Source of the DNA: Pseudomonadales bacterium
Lineage (GTDB): Bacteria; Pseudomonadota; Gammaproteobacteria; Pseudomonadales; Litoribrevibacteraceae
DNA length: 55,291 nucleotides
NCBI GenBank assembly: GCA_041590855.1
Contig: JBFHTA010000001.1
Location: 1-55,291 of the forward strand
Direction of reading: 5' to 3'
Shown one piece after another: positions 42,058 to 51,122 of this stretch (its first letter is position 1; the number at the start of each line of letters is the position of its first letter). The position numbers and the translations under genes were made by a program. Under the pieces are notes generated by a model that searched no databases, was not told the DNA's origin, and saw only the letters and a program-made list of their open reading frames with translations.

Positions 42058-43713
42058 TTGCAGCACATTAAACGCCTCCTGCCTTCCAAGCTAAGCATTC
42101 GTCTTTTGCTGATTGTGCTGTTTATTAGTACGTTCATTACCCTGATTACGTCCAGTTTCCTGCTCTATATTGATTATCAAAAGGATTTAAAAGCCATAGA
42201 GGAGCATCAGGAACGCATTCAGGAAGTGGATTTAAAAGAATTAACCCTGGATCTTTGGGAATTCGACTGGCCCAAGGTAGAGCTCAAGCTCAAGGGGCTG
42301 TTGAATTATCCGGAAATCAATTACGCCTATGTGGTGCTAAACGGGGGGGAGCGCGTTTCTGAAGGCGACCCCAAGCGCAGCAAATATTCAGAACTGGTGG
42401 ATTACCCTCTGATTTACAACCAAAAAGAGCTGGGCACGCTGTTTATTCAAATCGACTTCAATTACGTATACCAACGCCTGAAAGACAAGACCATCAACAT
42501 CCTGATGATCCAGTTCTTCAACACCTTTATGGTTTCCATTCTGATTATGATGCTGGTTCACCGAATGATTACCCGACATCTGATCACCTTAGCCAAATAC
42601 ACACGTAATCTCTCCTTTGATTCACTCGATTCCGAACCCTTCGAACTTCATCGAAATCATAAAGAAGATGAGCTGGAAGCCGTCACCACCGCGCTCAACA
42701 AGATGAAGAACAACTTAAAAAATGAATTTGAAAACCGAAAACAAATTGAAGTGGAGCTGAAATCAGAACGATCACAGCTGGCCATTCTGAACAAGGAGCT
42801 GGAAACCAAGGTGTCCGAGCGCACCGAAGAATTGCAACGGTCCAACACGGAGTTGTCGATTGCTTTAGCCAATGTGAACAACATGATCGAACAGCTGCAA
42901 GACACTCAAAAAGAATTGATCGTTAAAGAAAAAATGCTGGCCACCGGCGGTATGGTGGTGGGGCTGGCCCATGAATTAAATACACCACTGGGCGTGTGTA
43001 AAACCTCGGTCAGTGCCATATCTGATTTTGTCGACCAAATTCGAGCTGCCATCGACAATCAGCAGCTAACCAAAGACACCCTGAACACCCACCTGGATAG
43101 CATGCATTCTTTGGCAGCCATAAGTGAAGACAACATTGACCGCATCAGTGCCATGATCAACACCTTCAAAGAGCTGTCGGTAAAAGAAGAGGTCATTGAA
43201 AGCATCAAACCGGTAGAGCTACAGGAATGTTTTATGCACGTCAATCAATGGGCTGGCGGTAACTTGCGAGGCGGTTTAACCATCCACATTGAATGTCCTA
43301 CCAACCTGATCATAGAAACCTTCGAAAGCTCACTCTACAAAGTACTTCAATCGCTCACTGAAAATGCTGCGTTACACGCCTTTGAGCAGGATCAGGCCGG
43401 CAATATCTATCTGAAGGCCGAACTACCTGAGGATCAAAACGCCATTATCATTACTGTCAGCGACGACGGTATTGGTATCAAACAAGATGAGCAAGCACGG
43501 ATTTTCGAGCCCTTTTACACCACAAAACGCAACAAAGGCGGACTGGGATTAGGCCTGAACATCGTTTATAACCTGGTCACTCAAGCCCTGTCCGGTAGCA
43601 TTCGCTGTATTGATTCTGAATACGGTGGTACCTGTTTTGAAATCACCATGCCAAAAACCTTGTCCGAGTCGGAAGTAGACACTTTCCGAAGCACGATTAC
43701 CCAAGTTTCTTAG
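42058..43713 (+). CDS. Membrane sensor histidine kinase (HAMP, coiled coil, HisKA, HATPase)
   Basis: AAGGAG RBS with TTG start; AHELNTPLG H-box, ENA..HAF, DDGIG, IFEPFYTT, GLGLGL. Confidence 0.9.
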   Translation: MQHIKRLLPSKLSIRLLLIVLFISTFITLITSSFLLYIDYQKDLKAIEEHQERIQEVDLKELTLDLWEFDWPKVELKLKGLLNYPEINYAYVVLNGGERVSEGDPKRSKYSELVDYPLIYNQKELGTLFIQIDFNYVYQRLKDKTINILMIQFFNTFMVSILIMMLVHRMITRHLITLAKYTRNLSFDSLDSEPFELHRNHKEDELEAVTTALNKMKNNLKNEFENRKQIEVELKSERSQLAILNKELETKVSERTEELQRSNTELSIALANVNNMIEQLQDTQKELIVKEKMLATGGMVVGLAHELNTPLGVCKTSVSAISDFVDQIRAAIDNQQLTKDTLNTHLDSMHSLAAISEDNIDRISAMINTFKELSVKEEVIESIKPVELQECFMHVNQWAGGNLRGGLTIHIECPTNLIIETFESSLYKVLQSLTENAALHAFEQDQAGNIYLKAELPEDQNAIIITVSDDGIGIKQDEQARIFEPFYTTKRNKGGLGLGLNIVYNLVTQALSGSIRCIDSEYGGTCFEITMPKTLSESEVDTFRSTITQVS

Positions 43714-43823
43714 GAAACCTCACACATAGGCACCGCCGTTTGCCAAGCTCAATCCCGACTGATCCTCAGCTCATCAAAATATCACATGATCGAACTATTC
43801 ACGGCGGCTCCTGTCCAATTATT

Positions 43824-43876
43824 AACCACTAAAAACAGCGACCACTCAAAACAGTAACCACTCAAAACAGTAACCA
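43824..43876. repeat. 16-bp tandem repeat, ~3.3 copies
   Basis: AACCACTAAAAACAGC / GACCACTCAAAACAGT / AACCACTCAAAACAGT / AACCA. Confidence 0.88.
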
Positions 43877-43906
43877 ACACTCACCCACAACCAAGAGGCA
43901 TTTAGC

Positions 43907-44911
43907 ATGCCTGATTCATTCTTTCTTTCTCGTCTTCCTGGCCTTCATAAGCGATTAAGCTTTCTGAGAAGCCGTTGGTTCATCTACCCCGCTCTACTCG
44001 TACTGAGCTTTCCTCTGCTCCGTACAGCCGTTTATTCGATGATGGAAATGAACGGCTTCACGATTGAATCCCCGCTAGTACCCATCAATGAAATCATGCA
44101 CGGCGGTCCGCCCAGAGACGGTATTCCAGCGATACATGACCCTAAGTTCATAACCGCCAGTCAAGCCGGACTGGATGAGACAGCAAAAGTACTGGGTATA
44201 GAATACAAAGGCCAAGCCAGGGCCTATCCGATCAATATATTGAATTATCACGAATTGGTTAATGATGAACTCGATGGGCATCCAATTACTGTCAGCTTCT
44301 GCCCTTTGTGTGGAACCGGCATTGTGTTTGATGCCCAAAACGGCAACGACAGACGTACCTTTGGAGTGTCTGGCCTGCTATACAACAGTGACCTTCTAAT
44401 GTATGACCAGGAAACCGAATCACTTTGGTCGCAAATTGAAGGCAGAGACATCAGTGGCCCGGAAAAAGGCAAGACGTTGGAGCGCATCCCCGTAGAACAC
44501 ACCTATTGGCGGGAATGGAAACAGCGATACCCGACAACGTTAGTTCTGTCAGATGACACAGGCTATTGGCGCAACTACCAGAACACCCCCTACCCTAACT
44601 ACGAACACTCTCGGCGCACCTATTTTCCGGTCAACCACAAAGATGACCGCTTCCACCCTAAAGCGCTGGTGATGGGCATTGAAGTTAACGGTAAATACAA
44701 AGCGTATCCCTTCAGTGAATTAGCCAAAACCCCAGGACAATTTGAGGACACTCTGAACGGGAAAACTTTCCGCGTGTTCTATAACAAGGAAGCGCAAAGC
44801 GCCCGGGCAGAAGATACCAAAGGTCAGCCCGTAACGACGCTAACCGCCTTCTGGTTTGCCTGGATAGCTTTTCACCCGGAATCCAGCGTTTATAAAGCCG
44901 ACATGCAATGA
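43907..44911 (+). CDS. DUF3179-family protein
   Basis: GGPPRDGIPAI, ARAYP, FCPLCGTG, FGVSGLLYNSDLLMYD.ETESLWSQ, FWFAWIAFHP. Confidence 0.88.
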   Translation: MPDSFFLSRLPGLHKRLSFLRSRWFIYPALLVLSFPLLRTAVYSMMEMNGFTIESPLVPINEIMHGGPPRDGIPAIHDPKFITASQAGLDETAKVLGIEYKGQARAYPINILNYHELVNDELDGHPITVSFCPLCGTGIVFDAQNGNDRRTFGVSGLLYNSDLLMYDQETESLWSQIEGRDISGPEKGKTLERIPVEHTYWREWKQRYPTTLVLSDDTGYWRNYQNTPYPNYEHSRRTYFPVNHKDDRFHPKALVMGIEVNGKYKAYPFSELAKTPGQFEDTLNGKTFRVFYNKEAQSARAEDTKGQPVTTLTAFWFAWIAFHPESSVYKADMQ

Positions 44912-44998
44912 ATAAACGACCATGAATAAGCGAGAATGAAAAAACGAGCACATATGAGAAAAACCTTTTGAGTAAAAACCTATAACGGAGAAAGACAC

Positions 44999-45163
44999 AT
45001 GTGCAGTACTCCAAAAGGTCATCGCAGCCCTTCCTCAAATCGACGTTCAAGCGACGACAGTATTCCCATGCTTAGCGCTGAAGCTATGAAACGTTTTACC
45101 GACAACGCCAACCGCGCCCGGGAAAAGAAACAAAAGGATCAAAACCAGGAAACCTCTGAATAA
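44999..45163 (+). CDS. 54-aa hypothetical protein (below ORF-track cutoff)
   Basis: GGAG (44987-44990) 8 nt before ATG; MCSTPKGHRSPSSNRRSSDDSIPMLSAEAMKRFTDNANRAREKKQKDQNQETSE. Confidence 0.55.
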   Translation: MCSTPKGHRSPSSNRRSSDDSIPMLSAEAMKRFTDNANRAREKKQKDQNQETSE

Positions 45164-45364
45164 GTCAACCTCAGACGATTACAGATAGCCTGTCTGCCCC
45201 TCTGTATGTCTCAAGTTACCCCGCTCATACTTTTAGCGTAAAAGGTAAGTCAAATGGCCATATATGCCATCCTGGTGTCATGCAATCCGTGCCATCATTA
45301 GCCCGTTACTTTTCGTATATATTCTAAAACCTCAAATAATTATAAAAATACTAGGTAAAACACT

Positions 45365-47815
45365 ATGTCAAAATACCCTAAAACCACCAAAGCCTTGGCT
45401 TTGATGTCTTTGGGAAGCGTCTGGACTTCTCTGGTAATGGCGGATGCAGCCGTCGAATCCTACCTCGACAGTTGGCAATACAAAGCGCTGATGTTGCAAT
45501 CAGAGATCGACAAGCACAGCCCGATGTCTGAAGCCACCATGCTGATGACGCATAACTCCTACAATGCCAGTCATTACGCTAACCTGGGCAGCTATTACGA
45601 CCCAAACCACATCCACAGCATTACCGAACAATTGGATATGGGGGTTCGCTTGTTAGAGCTGGACACCCATTGGTTCAGCAGTGAACTGATCGCTTGTCAT
45701 GGCACCAACGATCACACAGGTTGCAGCGAGTTTGACGGGCGAATTGAAGAGCGTATCGGTGAAATCAACACCTGGATTCGCCGCCCCGAGCACAACAACC
45801 AGGTGGTGTTCTTATACATCGAAGACCACATGGACAATCACTATGGTGAGATGTCGACCATTTTCGACAAATACTTCGGCGACAAGATTTACCAACCAAA
45901 CCAATGTGGTGAATCTTTTCCGATGAATGTCAGCAAGGCCGACATTCTCAATGCGGGTAAGCAAATCGTAATTTACGGCGTTAGCAGTTGCAGCAGCGCC
46001 CAAGGCACCTCTTACGCAAACTATGCGTTTGGTCATCTGTTCTCAACCGACAACAGCGAATTGTCTCCGGCTCCGGATTGCCAGAACAACAGTTTTAACC
46101 CAAGTGTGCTTACGTCTCGACTGACACGCATCTATGAAGATTCCACAACACTTAGCGACTGGTTTGGCGATCCACCAAAGGCCATTGATGCCGCTTATAT
46201 GAAAACGCTCACTGACTGTGGCGTTGGTGTGGTTGGCCTCGACCAGTTGGATCACGACGACTCACGACATGCAGCAGCTATATGGAGTTGGAACACCAAC
46301 GAGCCTAATAATGTTGGTAACGAAGACTGCGCCGAGCACAATGGCAATGGCCGTTTTAACGACCTGAGTTGTGATCAGACTCGCCCATACGTATGTTTGG
46401 ACAGCGCCGGACAATGGCAAGTATCCGCCACCAGCGGCCCTTGGTCAGAAGGCTTTAATGTCTGTGCTACCGAGTTCAACGGTCAATTTGGTCTGCCGAA
46501 AAATGGCTATCAAAACTACTTATTGACGCAAGCGAAAGGCAACCAATCCGCCTGGTTGAACTACACCGATCAAGCGGTAGAAGGTCAATGGCAACAGGGC
46601 GATGCCCCGAGCATTGATTACCCGACAGAAAGCTCTCAAGTGGTTTACCGTCAGCTAAGAAACGGAAAAGGCAAGTGTTTGGATCTTGAAGGCCGCAGCA
46701 CCTCGGTAGGAACCCCTGTTCATCAATGGAGCTGTCACACTGACCCGGCAGATATCGATAGCCAATTATGGTATCAGGATGAGTTAGGCCGCTTACACAG
46801 CAAGCTGGACCCAAGCCGTTGTATTGAAGCCGAAAACTCAGGCTCTGGTGAAGGAACAGACATCATCCTTGCCAACTGTGATAACGGCGCCAACCAACAG
46901 TGGCAGCGTGGCACCAACAACTCGTTCCGACCAGCCCATGCACAACACAGGGCAATGGACATCAGCGGCGGCGGTAACAGTACCGATGGCAGCAACAGCC
47001 ATCTTTGGACTTACCACGGCGGTAAAACCCAAATGTGGTACTGGTGGACACCGGCTATTTACGATCGCTGGCTTCCTGAAGCCGAACCTGAACCAGGCAC
47101 ACAGGTACAAGGTAGCTGGAGTAACTCTGGTGGCCGTTCCATTTCGAGCAAAAACAACCCCCTGGTGGAGTTGATTGTTGATACTACAGGCCCGGTTACC
47201 CTAGACCTTCGCTCCTCTCAGGACGCCTACCTGTACCTACTGGACGCCAACGGCCAACAAATCGCAGCGGATGACGACTCAGGCATCGGTTCCAATGCCC
47301 GCATCAGCCTTACTCTGAATGCAGGCATGTACATGCTTGTGGCTGCCACCGATGCTTCCGGACAATCCGGCACCTTTGAAGTACAAACCTCAGTTGGGCA
47401 AGTCAAACCCTTTGAATACCGTCGTTTAAAAAATGGCAAAGGCTACTGCCTGGATCTTGAAGACGAAGGCACCTCTAACGGCACAGACGTACACCAATGG
47501 AGCTGCCAAAGCGACGACTACCAAAAGTGGTATCAGGATTCGCTCGGCCGAATTCACAGCAAAGCCGCCCGTTTCAAATGTGTCGATGTTTCTGGCGGTG
47601 GCACCGGCAATGGTAGCGACGTCCATCTTTGGAGCTGCCACACAGGCAATAACCAACGTTGGGATCGAGGTGCCAGCAACTCCTTCCGTCCTAAGCATTC
47701 ATCCGGAAAAGCACTGGACATCGACGGAGGCAACACCTGGAGCTACCGTGGCAGTGATGCGCATATCTGGGGCTACCATGGCGGAAAAACCCAACAGTGG
47801 GTTTGGATACAGTAA
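45365..47815 (+). CDS. Secreted PI-PLC-like phosphodiesterase with C-type lectin, ricin-B, PPC-like and second ricin-B domains
   Basis: Signal peptide; THNSYN, QLDMGVRLLELDTH, ACHG; WNTNEPNN..EDCA....GRFNDLSC; QxW repeats with CLD; DAYLYLLD...DDDSG. Confidence 0.82.
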   Translation: MSKYPKTTKALALMSLGSVWTSLVMADAAVESYLDSWQYKALMLQSEIDKHSPMSEATMLMTHNSYNASHYANLGSYYDPNHIHSITEQLDMGVRLLELDTHWFSSELIACHGTNDHTGCSEFDGRIEERIGEINTWIRRPEHNNQVVFLYIEDHMDNHYGEMSTIFDKYFGDKIYQPNQCGESFPMNVSKADILNAGKQIVIYGVSSCSSAQGTSYANYAFGHLFSTDNSELSPAPDCQNNSFNPSVLTSRLTRIYEDSTTLSDWFGDPPKAIDAAYMKTLTDCGVGVVGLDQLDHDDSRHAAAIWSWNTNEPNNVGNEDCAEHNGNGRFNDLSCDQTRPYVCLDSAGQWQVSATSGPWSEGFNVCATEFNGQFGLPKNGYQNYLLTQAKGNQSAWLNYTDQAVEGQWQQGDAPSIDYPTESSQVVYRQLRNGKGKCLDLEGRSTSVGTPVHQWSCHTDPADIDSQLWYQDELGRLHSKLDPSRCIEAENSGSGEGTDIILANCDNGANQQWQRGTNNSFRPAHAQHRAMDISGGGNSTDGSNSHLWTYHGGKTQMWYWWTPAIYDRWLPEAEPEPGTQVQGSWSNSGGRSISSKNNPLVELIVDTTGPVTLDLRSSQDAYLYLLDANGQQIAADDDSGIGSNARISLTLNAGMYMLVAATDASGQSGTFEVQTSVGQVKPFEYRRLKNGKGYCLDLEDEGTSNGTDVHQWSCQSDDYQKWYQDSLGRIHSKAARFKCVDVSGGGTGNGSDVHLWSCHTGNNQRWDRGASNSFRPKHSSGKALDIDGGNTWSYRGSDAHIWGYHGGKTQQWVWIQ

Positions 47816-47851
47816 CGCCCTTCTTCTGACTTGATAAAGTCTCAACTCGCC

Positions 47852-47884
47852 TGCCATTGCCAAGTATTCTGCCTGGCAATGGCA
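47852..47884. other. 11-bp-stem inverted repeat after the PLC-like gene
   Basis: TGCCATTGCCA-N11-TGGCAATGGCA; no adjacent U-tract. Confidence 0.6.
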
Positions 47885-48058
47885 AGCATCCTATCTCCTT
47901 CACTATTCATCACCCGATTAATTTTCTTGTTTCATCGAACCTATCCGGTATTCTCTTGTCTACTCCTGCGAATAAACCCGCTCTACGTGTTCACAGCCTT
48001 GTATTAGGCGCTTATGATGTAGACTTTCTTTTGATAGCTAACGACCCCGGAGTTTTGA

Positions 48059-49111
48059 ATGCGCGAAGAAGTACAGGATTACTATGGCAAAACCCTTCAA
48101 AGCAGCGATGATCTAAAAACCGATGCCTGCTGTACCGATACCAACATGCCTCGCTTCGTGAAGAAAGCCCTCGCCAATGTACATGACGAAGTACTGACGC
48201 GTTATTACGGCTGTGGCTTGGTTGCGCCGGAAAAACTGGAAGGTGCCCGCATTCTTGACCTTGGCAGTGGCTCAGGCCGCGATTGTTATGTACTTGCCCA
48301 GTTGGTGGGTGAAAATGGCTATGTAGTTGGCGTCGACATGACCGACGAACAACTAGACGTTGCCAATCGACACATCGACTATCATGCAGACAAGTTTGGC
48401 TATCAGGCTTCCAATGTGGAATTCAAAAAAGGCTATTTGGAAAGCCTTGAAGACCTTGGGCTGGAAGAAAACAGCTTCGATATTATTGTTTCCAACTGCG
48501 TGATTAACCTGTGTCAGGACAAAGCAGCAGTACTTAAACAAGCCTACAAGCTGTTGAAACCGGGCGGTGAAATCTACTTCTCAGACGTCTACTCCGACCG
48601 TCGTGTACCTAAAGAACTGATCAATGATCCGGTACTCTACGGCGAGTGTTTGAGTGGCGCTTTATACTGGAACGACTTCCAAAACCTGGCCAAACAATGT
48701 GGATTCCTGGACCCACGTTTGGTAGAAGACCGCCCACTTGGCATCAACAACGAAGCCATTAAAGAAAAGTTAGGCAACATCCAGTTCTTCTCTGCAACCT
48801 ATCGCCTGTTCAAGCTCGACGAACTGGAACCTGCCTGTGAAGACTACGGCCAGGCCGTCATCTATAAAGGCGATATGCCTAATCTGCCGGAAGCCTTCAC
48901 TCTGGACAAGCATCACTTCATTGAAACCGGAAAAGTCTTCCCGGTCTGTGGCAATACTTGGCGTATGCTGCACGACACCCGCTTCAAAGAACACTTTGAA
49001 TTTATCGGCAACTGGGACAAACACTACGGTATCTTCGACGGCTGCGGTACCTCGCTGCCATACGATACAGCGACTGCTGCGTCTTCCGGTGAGTCTGGTG
49101 GCTGCTGTTAA
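48059..49111 (+). CDS. Arsenite methyltransferase-like (ArsM/AS3MT family) SAM-dependent methyltransferase
   Basis: VQDYYGK, DACC, RYYGCG, LDLGSGSGRD, GVDMT, VSNCVINL, YGECLSGALYW. Confidence 0.87.
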   Translation: MREEVQDYYGKTLQSSDDLKTDACCTDTNMPRFVKKALANVHDEVLTRYYGCGLVAPEKLEGARILDLGSGSGRDCYVLAQLVGENGYVVGVDMTDEQLDVANRHIDYHADKFGYQASNVEFKKGYLESLEDLGLEENSFDIIVSNCVINLCQDKAAVLKQAYKLLKPGGEIYFSDVYSDRRVPKELINDPVLYGECLSGALYWNDFQNLAKQCGFLDPRLVEDRPLGINNEAIKEKLGNIQFFSATYRLFKLDELEPACEDYGQAVIYKGDMPNLPEAFTLDKHHFIETGKVFPVCGNTWRMLHDTRFKEHFEFIGNWDKHYGIFDGCGTSLPYDTATAASSGESGGCC

Positions 49112-49138
49112 CACATAATCATTGCTGACTAGAACGTT

Positions 49139-49175
49139 GGGCTGCTTCATTCTGTGATGCGGCCCTTTTATTTTT
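49139..49175 (+). terminator. Intrinsic terminator after methyltransferase
   Basis: GGGCTGC...GCGGCCC stem followed by TTTTATTTTT. Confidence 0.75.
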
Positions 49176-49337
49176 ACATCCAAGACTCATACATAAGTAT
49201 AAGATATAACTATTCTCCCTCATTACCTTTGTGACCCACTTCAAATTTATTTAGTTCTAACTGAACTCCAATGATCTCTAGACACTAGTCCTCCTTTAAT
49301 CTTTCCGTACCAAAGGATATGGACATAAGGAGCGTCT

Positions 49338-51038
49338 ATGAAATCATCTATGCAAGGGACCCGTTTTAGTCAATCGCTATTGCTAACCGCAATCATCTCA
49401 TCAACAGCATTAGTCGGTTGTAGCGATTCAGATTCTGATAAAAATGCCGGCGATAATGAGGCTGCATTTACCGTTTCTGGTACGGCTGTTGATTTTTACA
49501 CAGGTGAGCGTGTTGATAGTGCATCAATCAGCGTCGCAGGTGTAATTAATGACGTAAACACAGAGCTTGGTGAAACGACGACCAATGGCAATGGTCAGTT
49601 CTCATTCTCCTATGACGTTATACCAACTCGTTTAGTCATTACTGGCGAAAGCGATGAGTACGGTGAATATGCCATTATCATTCAGAATGACGATCAGGAA
49701 AGCAGAGTCGCAGCAGGAAACCTGGCACTTCAACCTGTAGATGTTGATGCTGATTTCGACCCGACCACAGACAGCACGATAGAGCTTAACAATACAGCCG
49801 TGATCGAGTTAACCGCCAATTCACTGGTCGATAGCGATGGTAACGCCCCTGAAGGTGACGTAAGTGGACGTCTAACCATTATTGACCCAAGCAATGATCC
49901 ATCCTTAATGCCAGGTAACTATCAAACCATCAACGATCAAGGCGGTATCAGCCTGATTGAGTCGTTTGGTGCGATCAGTGCTGTTTTTGAAGACAGCACA
50001 GGTCAGGAGCTAAACCTGGCAGAAAACCAAACAGCGACAATACGAATTCCTTTAGCATCAGGCGTGAATCCAAATACGGCTGATGCCACAATCCCGTTAT
50101 TCTATTTCGACGAAACAACGGGTTTCTGGGTAGAAGAAGGCACTGCCACCTTAACGCAGCTTGCGAATAACACCTATGTCTACGAAGGTACGGTAAGTCA
50201 CTTCACAGTTTGGAATGCCGATAAAGTCTATGAAACTATTAACATTAACGGCTGCATCGTTAACGAAGCCGGGGAACCCGTTGGAAACGCCAACGTCACA
50301 TCGCAAGGGGTGGACTACATAGGAAGCGCTAATACCACCAGCAATACAGACGGATTGTTTTCACTTCCTGCCCGTTTCAATTCTGAAGTCCTGGTCAGTG
50401 CCCGCAATGGTGCGATCAGTAATACGTTGGAAGTAAACACGGGTAACACTGATGCTGACATCACAAACAATTGTCTTGTTCTTTCACCGGATGCCGTGAA
50501 CATCTCTCTAACTTGGGGAGAACATCCAGACGACCTGGATTCCCATCTATTTGGTCCGGCTAACGCAGAAGGCACCGAGCAATTCCATGTTTATTACGGA
50601 AACCATCCCGTAACAGTCAACGGTGTGGTCATGGATCTGGATGTCGACGATACCAACAGTTTTGGCCCGGAAGTTATCTCCATTCCTCGTTTCCCATACC
50701 CAGGTACCTATCAATATTTGGTACACAAATACTCTGGTGAGTCAGATATTGTTAGCTCCCCTGCCCGGGTGAAACTAACCATCGGAGAAGAAGAAACCTT
50801 CTTTTCTCCCACTGAAGCCACAAACCAACTTACCGAAGAGTGGGCGGTGTTTAATATTGAAGTCGATGCTAACTTGAACCCGACGGTGGTGTCTGTACAG
50901 AACTTTGTTGAAGGCATTGTCGAAGGTGATGAAGAGGGAGAGATTATAGAAGAAGGATTCGAAGCCTTCGCTGTTCCTGCCAATACACGTACACATAAAC
51001 CTGGCTCAACGCCAAGCATCAAGCCTAGTTACAAATAA
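49338..51038 (+). CDS. Acidic surface lipoprotein with carboxypeptidase-regulatory-like beta-sandwich domains and YfaP-like C-terminal domain
   Basis: TAAGGAG RBS; LVG-C lipobox; YFDETTGFWVEEG...SHFTVWNAD; LTWGEHPDDLDSH...LDVDDTNSFGPE. Confidence 0.75.
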   Translation: MKSSMQGTRFSQSLLLTAIISSTALVGCSDSDSDKNAGDNEAAFTVSGTAVDFYTGERVDSASISVAGVINDVNTELGETTTNGNGQFSFSYDVIPTRLVITGESDEYGEYAIIIQNDDQESRVAAGNLALQPVDVDADFDPTTDSTIELNNTAVIELTANSLVDSDGNAPEGDVSGRLTIIDPSNDPSLMPGNYQTINDQGGISLIESFGAISAVFEDSTGQELNLAENQTATIRIPLASGVNPNTADATIPLFYFDETTGFWVEEGTATLTQLANNTYVYEGTVSHFTVWNADKVYETININGCIVNEAGEPVGNANVTSQGVDYIGSANTTSNTDGLFSLPARFNSEVLVSARNGAISNTLEVNTGNTDADITNNCLVLSPDAVNISLTWGEHPDDLDSHLFGPANAEGTEQFHVYYGNHPVTVNGVVMDLDVDDTNSFGPEVISIPRFPYPGTYQYLVHKYSGESDIVSSPARVKLTIGEEETFFSPTEATNQLTEEWAVFNIEVDANLNPTVVSVQNFVEGIVEGDEEGEIIEEGFEAFAVPANTRTHKPGSTPSIKPSYK

Positions 51039-51068
51039 GAAAAACCGGAGTAACAAAGAACGAGGCAT

Positions 51069-51098
51069 AACAAACCCGATCACACGATCGGGTTTGTT
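51069..51098. terminator. Hairpin between convergent genes, probable bidirectional terminator
   Basis: AACAAACCCGATC-ACAC-GATCGGGTTTGTT, perfect 13-bp stem. Confidence 0.8.
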
Positions 51099-51122
51099 GC
51101 TTTCAAGCTTTCAAATATCAAT

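Noticed and set aside
43710-43721. TTAG-GAAACCTC resembling another MITE end at the kinase stop
   Set aside because: Only about 8 bp match before diverging; compatible with chance
43824-43876. Possible CRISPR array
   Set aside because: Repeats are 16 bp, directly adjacent, with no spacers and no cas genes
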